Translations under genes and position numbers: made by a program
NCBI RefSeq assembly: GCF_964355755.1
Contig: NC_092678.1
Location: 15,543,881 to 15,607,880, forward strand
Direction: 5' to 3'
Length of the DNA stretch: 64,000 bases
From: Antedon mediterranea
Lineage: Eukaryota > Animalia > Echinodermata
Notes under the pieces: model-generated
What the model saw: only the letters and a program-made list of their open reading frames with translations
The model's database searches: none
Told to the model about the DNA's origin: nothing
Part shown: in pieces, positions 47,901 through 61,300 of the stretch
Numbering within the stretch: position 1 is the first letter of the stretch
Layout: each line of letters opens with the position of its first letter

Positions 47901-48019
47901 TTTGAATTTATGCTAATTAACTCACTTCCCGATGTACGATTGTGGCCAACTTTGAACATGATGTTCATTTAGACCATATCAACCAGCATTAGCAGTTTCA
48001 AAGATTTTCCCATATACAG

Positions 48020-49012
48020 TATATATCAATTTACGTAAGGGCAAAATTCGGTAAATCGTCCGTTACTTCTAGAATTTTTACTCGATGGTATATAAAGTTG
48101 GTTCGTACTTTCGGTTCTCATTTTATCAACTGATGTAACCCTGTTTACTAATTAAATTGAGTTCGATAATTATTAGTTATCAACGATTTGCCACACATAG
48201 CGGTGTTTTCCGATCATGTTATACACTGTCTAATGGATGTCCATCTTGAAAAATACCCGCACACAGTAATACGAGGATGCTTCGCATTTTCCTATCTTCT
48301 CATACGATAATTGTTTTTGATGGCTGAAAACCGGTTGAACAGCTCGAATACAGCATCATAATGCTGAAGACAGGCCGATTTTCTTAAAAAAACACTATTT
48401 TGATAGTTTAATATACGTTTATACAAATGTATTGATTTCCGATGATATAAACGTTGTAGTGCTGTATCGTTACATGTACTGTGCTATTTCAATCGACTAT
48501 GACAGTGACAGTTTTAATAAAGTATTAAATTGCAAATGTGTTACTGTATCAAGTGGTATATTAATTAATTAATAATTCATCGTGTCTATTCGTTTCTGTA
48601 AACGAACATAACTATTATAGTCCACTCCTGCGGAACGTACATTTGAAAAAAAACCACCTTTTTTACGCTGAAATTGCTGTGTATTCGAGTACCACCTGGA
48701 GGGAATAATTCATGTTAATATTATGTCTGAAAATACAATGTTAGACTAACATTTTAAACATATATATTATTTTAGTGTCAAATTCTTAATCAATTTCATT
48801 TACACTCAATTTGTGAGTGTTTGTGCAGCTAGCAGCGCGAAGACAGATCATTTTCAATTACCGCTTGAAAACTATTTTCAGGGCTTGCCGTCACATCATG
48901 AATATTCATGTATGGATTCAGGCCCTCTATAGTTTCTGCCTTAACCTAATAGGAAAAATATAATAATCCGGCCGGCTAGCATTGTGGCCGGGTATAATTG
49001 CCGTCAGGGTAT
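48020..49012 (+). mobile_element. Helitron-like repeat, diverged copy, possibly with its 3' end
   Basis: Homologous to 3792-5020; terminates in GCCGGCTAGCATTGTGGCCGGGTATAATTGCCGTC, a hairpin-like motif shared with the 54-bp array at 328-489. Confidence 0.5.
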
Positions 49013-50074
49013 TATTGATTTTATTTGTCAATTTATAGAAATTGTGTTTTTGGATATGAGTTGGTCACTCCAACCTTAGGAAGTAAGGCCCCCAACCCGG
49101 AATATGCATAGTATTATAGTTTAGTTATAGGATTGATATGATTTGTTCTATACATTATAGGCCACGACTTTGTTCTGAAAAAAATGGTGATTGATTGATT
49201 CCTTAATTGATTAGCTAAATCAACTAGAGAAGAAAAACTGAAGCCAATCATAATACACATCCTCAAAACATCTATGTATTTAATCCCCGATACGCTATAA
49301 TTAATAGAGAATTTCAGACTACTACTACTACTACTACTGATTGTCAAACCAAAATAATTGATAATAAATCATTATTTCTTAAATTATTAAGTAGAATATA
49401 AATAAAAAAGCATATTTTATTGAAGAAAGACCAATATGTAATTAAAACTAAGTAAGTAAAAAATCGAGCAGAGTTTTTTGTAAGAATATTTCTTTTTCAC
49501 TGTAGAGCTTCGTTTTTGTTTTAACATCGTGCCTGATACTATGCTGCGTATTCTACAATGTGTCACCACAGTATGAATCCTTTGCATCACCAATACCAAT
49601 GTATAATACAACACGATTATGGAATTCGCAACGGTAAGATGCCAATGCTACATTTTGAAATATAATTTTAATTGGGTGAATAAACTAAAAATTATAGTTT
49701 GAATAGCAATAACACGATAATTTTAAAGATGTATTGTCCCTTTGAATTGACTAATTCCAAAAAAAATAAAAAATAAAAGATTTCGAAAAAACGTGGGTCA
49801 TTTTGAAGTATCATAATAGTTATTAACTATCACCAAAAATTTTTCGAAAAAAAAAATAATTTAACTGAAATACAAACGTTTTTTTGTTAAAAAAATAACT
49901 TTGACTTCCAGTCAAAGTTTTCATCAATCAAAACATATCCCATAATGAAACGCGCTTGTTTGGCTACTCTGTATGCATAATCATGAAACTTACTCGTGAT
50001 CTGTGTGAAAAAACCTTCTTAACCGTGATGAATTGTATACAATCCTAATTTAGCATATGCATAATGCGTACTAA

Positions 50075-52286
50075 AGGCTGGTTTCCTGTCGACGTAAGAA
50101 CATCACTTTTGTTGCGACTACGTCGATTTGTCGTAAGAAATGCGGATTTTACAGGAAACCGATTACGATCGAAAATTTATAAAATCGACGCAACGTAAGA
50201 AAAATGGTAACGACAAACGATTTTACAGGAAACCGATGACCTAACAATTGTTGCGTTACGACGTTTTCTTCCGATTTTACAGGAAACCGGGATTTTTTAT
50301 CTTACGCTTGAATGAACGCCCTTGCGTCACGTTTCTTACGTCTCTTACGAAAGTTGACTTGAAGTCAACTTTCGCAAGAGACGTAAGCGCAATCGTAACA
50401 AGCAACCAATGAGCGACAAGAGTTATGACGTAATGTGTATGTCCTTATAGTGAAATAAAGCCGGACAATAACATTTGTATGTATTTACTACTATAATTTT
50501 AGCCTAATCATGTTCTAATCAGGGAGTTTTAGGGTTGAGGGATGGGAAAGCGGATAGGTGCAAAGAGGAACAATTTTTAAATATATTCTTTATGCACTCA
50601 GTAACGAAATATCTTTTTCATGTTTTATAGGCCTATAAATAATATACCTCTAAATATATACAGTAAAACATTTGCGATTTAATACTTTGTTAAAACTGTC
50701 ACTGTCATAATCGATTGAAATATAGTCACGATACACCACTACGACGTTTATATTTTTGGTAATTATTAATTAATACAAACGTTGAGAAGGAACTGTCAGT
50801 ATAGTTTATTTTTATATAATAATGTGTTTATATATCTAACAGTAGAGCCTATCCACAATCTCAGTAATAAGTTTATTTGTATATATTTTTATATTACATC
50901 TAACAGTACGAACATTCACAGTAAGAAATGTTCGATTCAAATGAGGACCAAAAATAGGTAATTATAATAGGTATTTACAGTATTGTTCAAGTTTATTCTC
51001 AAAGGGCCCATATATTTACCTACCGTATGTGTTAAACCAAGGGCTCATAAATTTACCTACTTGTGTTAAACCAAACTCTGGCAGACTGAGAGATTGGGAT
51101 GTTCCATTCATCGCAAATCAATACATTTGTATAATCGTATATTAAATCAAAATAGTATTTTTTAAAGAAAATCGGCCTGTCTTCAACATTATGATGCTGT
51201 ACTCTAGCTGTTCAACCGGTTTTCAGCTATTAAAAACAATTATCGTAGGAGGAGATAGGAAAATGCGAAGCCTCCTCGCATTTTTGTGGCGGGTATTTTT
51301 CAAGATGGACATCCATTATTAGACAGTGTATACCACGATCGGAAAACACCCCTATTTGGGGCAAATCGTTGAACCTAAATTCGTTTTAATCGTCAATAAC
51401 TAATTATCTAACTTAATTTAATTAGTAAACAGGGTTACATCAGGTGGTTAAAATCAGTACCGAAAGTACGAACCAACTTTATATACCATCGAGTAAAAAT
51501 TCTAGAAGTAAAGCGCGATTTACCGAATTTTGCCCTTACGTAAATTTATATATAGATTATAGGCCTGTAAATAATGGGTATCTTACTGCGGTAGTACTAT
51601 CTCATGCTCGATTAGATATGCTTATAGGCCAATAGGCCAATGCCTAGTCTAGGGCCTGGGTAGGTCTATTAATAATAGGAATCTCGAAATGATTTGCCTT
51701 TTTTTAATTTTGAAAACTATTTAAGGCTAGGCCTAGAGGGCCAGGATAATTAATTCATATTTTGATTCATACAAATAATACATAGGCCTACTAGCCTAGG
51801 CTAGTTTGATTATTTGGTCAAATCAATTCCTATTAGTACGGTACCGTACAGTATTAATTAAGTATTTTACTAATACTAGGGCCTAGCTTATCTACTGAAA
51901 ATAACATGTTGGTGTGCTGCACTGACAGGTAGGCTACAATAACAACATTCAACATTTTGCGCGAAAAATGATAAAACCCGCTCTAAAAAGAAACACCAAT
52001 CAGAGATGTTGTTTCAAATACGTCATAAATCCGACCGACGTAAGAAAAAAATTTCAACTTTCGTAACAACACTAAAATCGACGTAAGCATACGACGTGTG
52101 TTTCACAGCCAGAATTTCAACTTTCGGGAGCAGCATAACTACAGATGTTTCTCTGCGGCCCGACACGATCTTGACTAACGTCAACGACGTCAATTTTTTC
52201 TCAACTTTCGTAAGAGACGTAAGAAACGTATGAAACGCAAGAATCGTTGCAAAATTCGACTTCTTACGTCGACAGGAAACCAGCCT
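50075..52286. mobile_element. PIF/Harbinger non-autonomous element
   Basis: 26-bp perfect TIR AGGCTGGTTTCCTGTCGACGTAAGAA; 3-bp TSD TAA (50072-50074, 52287-52289). Confidence 0.85.
50520..51556 (-). mobile_element. Helitron-like repeat, reverse copy of 3792-4835
   Basis: ...CCGAATTTTGCCCTTACGTAAATTTATATATAGA|T is the reverse complement of A|TCTATATATAAATTTACG. Confidence 0.6.
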
Positions 52287-53049
52287 TAATGGTTTGAAAT
52301 CTTTGTTTACTTTTGCTCGTGACGATTTTCCAGATGAAATGTAATCAAACTAATTTACCTGTTAATTACGTAAACTTGTTGTTTTTGGCTCGAATTTTCG
52401 ACTTAAAGTGAATAACTTTAATATTACTTGATATGGCCACTTTAAATTTAGAATATTTTGACCTTCATTTTTTTGTGTTTCAAGGGACAATACATCTTTA
52501 ACTAATTGTATTGTATTTTATTTTAATTTGTTGTGGACGAAACATTACTAATGTAATTATATTGTACATGTGTTTAGACAGTACTTCCAGAGTAGGTGTT
52601 TTTTAAAGGTCTGTTAACACTATCATAATGTATGGGACAAAACAGTGTGATGTGCCCATATATGGACACGATGACGTTATAACACTACCATATTTCGGAA
52701 TATCACTACCATTATTAGTCGCATGCAACACAACTCTACAGCTCACTATATGTCGGTCGCTTGGTCGGTCGGTTGGTTGATTGGTCGGCCGGTAAACACT
52801 ACATAAACGCGACTGCAGCTATGTATATGGCCTTGTTTGGACACATAAAATTTTTTGTTAAACTAGTTTGATAGTTTAGACAGAGTTTTAGTAATGCGAG
52901 CCAAAGGTTACCAAATCTGTTGTTACCATTATCTTTTTAAGAAAATATTTTTGATAATAATAATCAATGCTTAGCGCTATTAAGTTAAATACATTGTCCC
53001 CTAAATGTTTTTTTTTTAATTTTGTGTTGAATTTTTTTTTAAAGAAACA

Positions 53050-53915
53050 TTTATATTTTGCCTCCAAGAAGTATTAATATCTACTGTCAAAAATAACAAA
53101 ACAAAATGTGAATGAATATGAGTTAGTGTTTACCGACCGACCAACCTACCGAAATTGCTAAAAAATTTAAAAAAAATGTTGAACAAGTTTTAAAAACATT
53201 TATATTTGCCTCCAAGTATTATTATCCAGTGTCAAAATAACGAAACAAATATGAATATGCATTTGCTGAAAATGTTTAAAAAACATTGAAAAATGTTTTA
53301 GAACATTTATATTTGCCTTCAAGTATTAATACCCGGTAGCAAAATAAATAAAAAATATGATTAATAGTTAGTGTTTACCGACCGACCGACCAACCGACCA
53401 AAATTGCTGAAAATGTTAAAAAATGTTCAACAATTTGTAAAAACATTTATATTTTCCTCCAAGTATCAAGTGTCCAAATAACGAAAAAATATGAATATGA
53501 GTTAGTGTTTAGTGACCGACCGACCTACCGACCAAAATTGCTGAAAATGTTACAAAATGTTCAACAATTTTTAAAAACATTTATATTTGCCTCCAAGTAA
53601 TAATATCCAGTGTCAAAATAACGAAAAAAATATGATTATGAGTTAGTGTTTACCAACTGACCGACCAACCGACCGAAATTGCTGAAAATGTTAATAAATG
53701 TTCAACAATTTTTAAAAACATTTATATTTGCCTCCAAGTATTAATGTCCAGTGTCAAAATAACGAAACAATATGAATATGAGTTAGTGTTTACCAACCGA
53801 TCGAAATTGCAAAATGTTAAAAAATGTTGAACAATAAAACATTTATATTTGCCTCCAAGTATTAATATCCAGTGTCAAAAAAACGAAAAAAATATGAATA
53901 CGAGTTATTGTTTAC
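53050..53915 (+). repeat. ~135-bp satellite-like tandem array (about 6-7 units)
   Basis: Repeated AACATTTATATTTGCCTCCAAGTATTAATATCCAGTGTCAAAATAACG...GAGTTAGTGTTTACCGACCGACC. Confidence 0.88.
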
Positions 53916-54194
53916 GACGTCTATGATGCATTTCATTTTTATTTTTTTAGGTTTTTATAAGTATATCATTAATTTTAACAACCTATGACATTTGAAATTT
54001 TGTCCATAACTAAAATGCACTAATATTTTGTAACGATATCTTTGAGGAACGCATACTGGTACTTTATGTTAATACTATCTTTTTGAAAATTATCAGAATA
54101 CAAATTGAAATAATTTTATTTTCTTTCGTTTTGAAGATTTTATATTTTCTTTCACTTCACAGTCACTTCCACTTCTTCTCTAACTATGAACTTA

Positions 54195-54435
54195 GTAGAT
54201 GCTTAATTTTGTTTAACGTACTCTTATGCTTAATTTGTAAACGTACGTAGAAGCAATTTATAAACGTACGGAGATACTACATTTTCAAACGTACATAGAA
54301 GCAATTTGTTAACGTACGCAGATGCAATTTTTAAACGTACGCAGATGCTTAATTTTTAAACGTACGTAGATACTTAATGTTTAAACGTACGTAGATACTT
54401 AATGTTTGAACGTACGTAGATACTTAATTTTTAAA
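54195..54435 (+). repeat. Minisatellite, ~22-24-bp unit
   Basis: (AAACGTACGTAGATACTTAATTTT)n variants. Confidence 0.75.
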
Positions 54436-54676
54436 GTATCCATGCCAATTTCGTATCCTATTCCATTTTCCCAATTTTAGTTATGTTTGTATTACATATT
54501 ACTTTCTTCTTCGATCTTATGGAATTAAAATGCATAAAAATGTATTAAAACTTATAATTTTTATATAAAAGCAAATGCAGAACCATCTTTTTAACGTTCT
54601 GTCTGCACATAAACTAGTTGCAAAACGTTTACTCAACACTAATTCATTATTTAAATAAACTAATAGTCTGCGCTAC

Positions 54677-55813
54677 ATGGAATACAATCATAAACAATTA
54701 TTCTCTCTCAATAGACCTACGATTGAAGTTCCAAAATGCAGCCCAAGACAAACTATAGTTTTCCTAAAGACTCACAAGACGGGTGGTACAACTCTTGCAA
54801 GACTCATTGAGTTGTACGGATACAAACATTCACTAACGTTCGTGAGGAAAATAGGACAAAGGGGATCAATTCATTTCGGTAATCGAAATTTTAATTATAA
54901 ATCTCATAAGATGTTTCTACCACCTCCCAATGTAACTAAGGGAGATTACTCAAACTATAAATACAATATATTTGCATTGCATGTTCGTTATAATCGATCA
55001 GTGTTAAATACATTCATGAAAAAAGATCCTGTTCACATTACAATAATAAGAGAACCATCTGCACAGTTAGAATCGTCGTTTATGTTTTTCCATTTGGTAA
55101 AATACGTTAACAGCACACCAGAAGGTATTCCGCCCTTTGAAGCGTTTGTTTCTAACCCGACCAAATATCGTAAAGCTGCGTCTTCTATCATGGGTTATAA
55201 CGACCAAATATTTGATCTTGGGTTACCAAGGAAGAGTTTTCTTAATGAAACAATAATAAATAAGACAATAGCTAGACTTGATCAAGATATGGACCTAGTC
55301 CTCATAAACGAGTTCTACGACGAATCTTTAGTGTTACTAAGTAAACTACTTTGCTGGAGTCTAGAAGATGTATTATATCTTCCAAGAAATATGAGACCAA
55401 CATCTAAAAAAAACGCTATGTCTGAGGAGATTCGTGAGAAAGCTCGAAAACGGAACCATGCCGATACACTGCTGTATAATCATTTTCTAAAACGACTACA
55501 TGAACGCATAGTTGACTACGGACCATCGTTTGAAGCAGATCTTTGGCGATTCCGTAATATGACGTCAAAGTTGCGGCGTAAATGCGTCGACGGGCAGGTT
55601 ACCGGTAAGAAACGTATGAAGTATACAATACGCAATTTTAGCAAGGAATGCCAATATCATACAGAAGCACCACAACAGATGAACAAACGAATTAGAAAGA
55701 TGATGCTAAACGGGACAATCCCCCTGAACGGGACAATCCCCCTGAACGGGACAATCGTTAACAAGAAAAAAATGAGAAGAAGAAGAAGAAGAAAAAAAAC
55801 GCTAAAAATATAA
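54677..55813 (+). CDS. Galactose-3-O-sulfotransferase (GAL3ST/cerebroside sulfotransferase family), catalytic exon
   Basis: IVFLKTHKTGGTTL (5'-PAPS loop), HVRYN, ITIIREP..QLESSF (3'-PB), NDQIFDLG, DLVLINEFYDESLVLL..LLCW, DTLLYNHF; no TM anchor in the ORF; possible acceptor AATAG at 54662-54666. Confidence 0.9.
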   Translation: MEYNHKQLFSLNRPTIEVPKCSPRQTIVFLKTHKTGGTTLARLIELYGYKHSLTFVRKIGQRGSIHFGNRNFNYKSHKMFLPPPNVTKGDYSNYKYNIFALHVRYNRSVLNTFMKKDPVHITIIREPSAQLESSFMFFHLVKYVNSTPEGIPPFEAFVSNPTKYRKAASSIMGYNDQIFDLGLPRKSFLNETIINKTIARLDQDMDLVLINEFYDESLVLLSKLLCWSLEDVLYLPRNMRPTSKKNAMSEEIREKARKRNHADTLLYNHFLKRLHERIVDYGPSFEADLWRFRNMTSKLRRKCVDGQVTGKKRMKYTIRNFSKECQYHTEAPQQMNKRIRKMMLNGTIPLNGTIPLNGTIVNKKKMRRRRRRKKTLKI

Positions 55814-56342
55814 ATATTTAGGTGTTTGGTGACGAGACAATTTAAAATGGAATGTTAACACAAATATGATTAGCATGTCAATCAATGAATATTCTACCAC
55901 AAATATAAATGTGTTGTAATACAATATTGTATAAGTATGCACGTGCTAGTATGCTAGTACTGTTGTAGCAAAGATAGCACAGCGGCATGTTCTCTCTATT
56001 GTTCTCTTTCTCCCCTCAGGATCTTGGTGTATATCTGTGTTTATAGTAGTAATCGTAGTAAATAATAATAATAGTACTACTATAGATTTAGCCTACTATA
56101 TTCTTGTACTTCTTTTCTTATAAGGTTACATATTCAAAAAAAGAAAAAATACAAACAAAATACATAACTCACTTTGACTGATTCATTGTGCATAGTTTTA
56201 TAACAAGTACAAACTTAAAGTGCTTGTGTAAAGCAAGACAATTTAACATTTTGTTGAGAGTGAAAACATTTTCCCCCGTTTAAGACACCTCCGAGTTTGT
56301 TTGTGATGGTTACTAAAAAGTGTTGCCAAGATATAATATGGG

Positions 56343-56407
56343 TATATCTTATGCGCGTGTGCGTATATCTTATGCGCGTGTGCGTATATCTTATGCGCGT
56401 ATGCATA
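56343..56407 (+). repeat. 21-bp tandem repeat, 3 copies
   Basis: (TATATCTTATGCGCGTGTGCG)x3. Confidence 0.85.
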
Positions 56408-57260
56408 TAAGCAGCGAGTAACAACCAACGTGTTCCACAGCAGATAGAGGTCAAATTTTTCAGACTGTAACAAAATGTCAAATTGTTTAATTTTAATCCC
56501 ATCGGTAGTAATTTTAAAGTAGAATATACAAATGATCAATGGTGAACAACATACTATGATATTAAAGACACGTTCCTACGTTTTTACAATCTAATTTAAG
56601 ATCACAAACTGCTTTTATGTCAAATTAAATACAATGGATTATTGAAATAATGTTCTTTGTCATTAGGGAGTTTTCGCAATTAACACGAATACGCTTGACG
56701 AATATGAAATGGGGATCAGATCAAAACTTTCACAAATGTGTGACGTATCCGTTTTCGTAAGATTGCAAAAACTCCCTATTAATACAGTAATACCAAATAC
56801 CAGCATGTATTGCGTGCGGATTGATATTTTCGTTTTCCTTCTGCGATTAACCCACTTTTGATTGATCGTGAAAAATGGAGGAATCATATTTTCTTTAAAA
56901 ATATCGGGTTTTCCCCAATTTGTATTAACAGATTATGCAAATAAATGTACATTTACTGTAAGACAACGAATGACCAGGTTTAATATTTTTCAAGTAATAT
57001 TTACAAAATGTCAACAAATGTGGGGATAGTAGGCCAGAGAGGTTTAGGTACATTTATGAATACTATAACAAAACCTGATACGTCACACATTTGTGAAACT
57101 TTTGAGATGCTCCCCATTTCATATTCGTGTGTATTCGTGTTCGAATATCACCACCAGTCATGTCAACTACAAAACGAGTATAGTTTTTGATCTATTTTGC
57201 ACATTTTGCATTTGAATCAGGAATGATTCATGATTATATAATTATAGATTTATTAAAATA

Positions 57261-57732
57261 AGCGGAGGTCCAAGTGCCAAAATGATGCTTCGTTAACACG
57301 TCCCATTGCCATGTTTCTACACACTCAGCACACCAACTTTTTTTGTTAGCTAATACCCTGAGACAAAATAATCACGAGGTGTGCCGTTGCAAATTTACTG
57401 CGGTCACCTTGAAATCCAAAAAAGGTAATTTCATTACAGTAAAGTTAAAATAAAATTATTTTATTAAACAGATAATGTAATTAGCTATTAATCAACATTA
57501 TTTTCAACAAAATACATCAAATATTTATTAAGTTATGGACAATAAAGTGCATCACTATAAAATGGCGGCCATTTTTTACGCCTACTTGGATTTCAAGGTG
57601 ACCGCAGTAAATTTGCAACGGCACACCTCATGATTATTTTGTCTCAGGGTATTAGCTAACAAAAAAAGTTGGTGTGCTGAGTGTGTAGAAACATGGCAAT
57701 GGGACCTCTCTACAAGCTATTGGACCTCCGCT
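57261..57732. mobile_element. Palindromic MITE
   Basis: TA-AGCGGAGGTCCAA ... TTGGACCTCCGCT-TA; inner ~120-bp near-perfect inverted repeat (57300-57420 vs 57586-57705). Confidence 0.75.
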
Positions 57733-58347
57733 TAAAAGTAATTTACTAAAATGCTAGGTTGATTTTGAAAAATAGCACTTTGCTGTTACGCTAGGCTAAG
57801 GCAGCCAAGCAACACATACCTGCACTTTGTTAAAATTTACCTCAGTATTTTGGACGGCAGACTCAATAAATATAGATTTATTGAAAGTAATTTCTAAAAG
57901 TAATTTACCAAAACGCTAGGTCAATTTTGAAAAATAGCGCTTTGTTGTAATACAAGCCAAGCAACACATACTTTTGGACGGCGGCTTCAATATTTTGTTA
58001 CCATGCGAAACAGATTTTTACTGGCTTAAACGAATACGTGTGCATGTGCGTATCCGTTTTTGTTATCGTATTCGTAGAGTTACGAAACCTCTCTATTGTC
58101 TTTAAGTAAACAAATTCAATGGTAAGAAAGAAGAAAACTATTATAATATTAAAATATTTAAACTTTTTCCTCCAACTCATTGATAGGTTTCAAAATGTGG
58201 GTAAAATAACTACCCTCTACTGACAGTGGTTTAAAAATGTCAATGAAACAGTTTTCCTGCAGAGTAAACTAATGAATCAGTATAGGACTACATTCTTATT
58301 GATAAATATCTTTGATTTACGGCCCCATTTTTTTAGTTTTCTTCACT

Positions 58348-61300
58348 TCACTTCTTTGCTTGAGCTTGCGCTGCTTTCTTAGCTTTTATCAATTCCACAA
58401 TTTCCTAATATAAATAGAAAAAAAAGATAAAAAAATATTAAAAGTATTTTTTTTTTTAAATTATTTTCTATTCTCTCGGAAAGTTTGTTTCCGACAAAAA
58501 AACGTCATAAATAAACAAAGCATTGTCTCACTCTTTCTAGATATAAGTACAGTATGTGGATTAATATTGTAAGGTGATGTTAGATCTGTATGAAGCACTT
58601 TTTACTAATATATTTTTTAAACTTCAACATACTACTATACAAGATTTATTCTAAAATAACCTTGTAACACTCACACTACTTCTATGTAAGCCTTGACGGT
58701 CAAAAATGTGTTTCATACAAATTGCATATAGAATACATTAGGTTGATAGACTTTTAAAGATGGAAGAGAATGTCGGCCCAAAATAGTGTTTAAAAATACT
58801 TTTAGATATAATATCAGAAAACCTTAATGATTTACACTCAAAATATAGATTTCTATGAATATATTAGATGAATGTATTATTATTGATGTTATAATATTGA
58901 AAATGACAAAAACACAGAATGGGCAGCTCATATAAAAGCACCAATAAGAGATCTATCAATTTCCAACTTGAATAATAATAAATAAGTATTAATAATTCAA
59001 GCTTACATGGAAATAAAAAATAAACTGTTTTTTGAAAATGACCATGTTTTTTGTGAATTGACCGATCTCAAGAGCTACCTCATAAATATACTTTTTGTGT
59101 TGTGTAAAACTTAGATTTTCACTGTATAATTATTTGTAATGTTGACTTAGAGAAATGGGGATTTGTAGAGCTTAGATTGGGGGCGGGGGTTGTGGAAGTT
59201 GGTGGGCTGTACATAGTAGGGCACAGCTTGGTTGTCATTTTTATTATTAATTTTATAAATGTTATTGTTAACTTTGTTGCATTGTAATGCGGTTGCTGGT
59301 AAACATTGTAGTTTAAGAGAACGCATCTTCATGTTGAAGTGTGCCGTTGTTATAAAAGTGTATGTTCAATACATTTTTATTATTATAGTAGACATTAAAA
59401 CAATTTTAAAGGTATCAGCTTTGTCTGTTATTGGTTAAATTACCAGTTATTTGTCAGGCTAACAATTTTTACGGTAAACACACATATGGAAGGAATGACA
59501 AGAGCTTAGATTTTAGATATTATATTTTATATAATAAGACGTAACGCAACGTAAGTGATTTGACCAATCAAATACGATGGATTATTCAAAAAGTAGCTTG
59601 TCATTGGTCACCTCGATTGCGTGGTGCGTACGTCCTTGCGTTGCGTCTCTAGTGGGAACCAACCTTGAAGGGGAGGGGGAGCTTATGTTGACACCGAACT
59701 GAATGCAACTCAACTGTGTCAACATAAGTGCTCCAGGAAATTGAATGAAACAAAAATATGTCGACATAGGTGGAGTTGTGTTGATTTGTGTTCTATGGAA
59801 TTAAACTAAATTTTAAATCATCCTCATTTTGATTTTTAAAAACGAGCATTCTCGGTTCCGTTCTAGTGTTGAAATGAGCACTCGCACATTGGTTCCAATC
59901 AGGTTCATTCAGTAGCTCAAAAAATGCTTTTGTGTGACTATTATAGTTCCACTCAGTTGCTGTGTCAAAGTAAGCCACGCTTAAGAGCAATTACTGTTAT
60001 TTCAATAAGTCTGATTGTCTGTGTGAAATCTGTACCTACCTTGTATCTCTTCATACATTCTTTCTTCGTTCTACTTGGCACAGCTTCAGCTATTTTATCC
60101 CATCTGTCCGCTCCATAATCTTTAGGGTAAGATTTTAATGCTTGTTCTAAACTTTTCTGCTCTTCACTAGTCCAAGCTTTTGGAAGATCAGCTTCGAAAT
60201 AAACCAAAAATAATATAGGTCACATGATATTTGTTGCTGCTGAATGCTAATAGGGACTTTTAGATTTTGTACCAAGTTCTTTAACTTGAACTATTATGTA
60301 CAAAGGACCAACGGCTTTGGGTGATGCAATGAAAGCAAAACATATTGCTTGATGCAACCAGTATGGTACAGATACCTATCACATGCTAGTCCAATATTAC
60401 CATTATACCATCACTCTCTGGTATATACAGCAACCACCACAATTCCCAGACGTTCCCATGCAGAATGAAACCAGGTCCAATACTAGGCTTCGGCAATCTG
60501 ACGAGAACCGGTGTTTCAATGAATTATGACTGTATAAAAAAATATATGACGTCCCACCATCTTAGTTGACCTAAGAGATCTTTTAAACACTGAAGATCTT
60601 TTCAATGTTTATTTAAGTTGCATATGTATTATGGTATTGGTCATGAACTGATTTATATATTAACATTAAGCTCTGTCTGCACTATCAAACTTTATGTGAC
60701 AAAAACAATGTTATTGACATGATGATGTCATATCCATATACCATATTTGGGCATATCATATTTGATTGTGTAGACAGAGCTAATAGGTAAAATTTAAAGT
60801 TATAATACACACCATCAGAACGTTCAGAGGGATTTGAAATGTCTGCCTTTTTAGTCTTCTGCACCGACTGCTCAAACTTCTCAAACGCATTCTTGTTAGC
60901 CATTTGTTTCATATCTAACAAATTTGGGGAAAAAATAAAACTCTAATGTAACATTATTTCATTTCATTTCATAGTAACATTTATTTCCTTCATAATATAC
61001 AAAACAAATAATATAATACAAAATTCATGACGAGAAGAAAGATAGTTAAAACAATACAATTTTTTTTTTTTTCTCATCCTTAAAATGAATAAAACAATAT
61101 TATGAAGGAGGCACAATTTCTAAAAAGCAAAAGCTTGTGTTGAAAGTGCCTGAACAAAACAGTATACTGTGAAAATCAACATATACAATTCATTTCAGTC
61201 CTTGACTGTAGTTTTGTAATATATTTTATATACCGAATAAATAAATAAATAATTCGGAACAAAAACTGGCTTCTCATCTTATTTTTGTACAATTTTGTGG

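Larger units (their letters stand above)
49727..52497 (-). mobile_element. Non-autonomous Kolobok element (copy 3, reverse) with nested Harbinger and Helitron-like inserts
   Basis: TTAA-AGATGTATTGTCCCTT ... AAGGGACAATACATCT-TTAA; interrupts the duplicated segment. Confidence 0.85.

Noticed and set aside
46700-48000. Direct and inverted blocks with AAAATGGCCGCCAT and TGACGTCA motifs
   Set aside because: Probably decayed DNA-transposon ends, but I could not fix termini or a TSD
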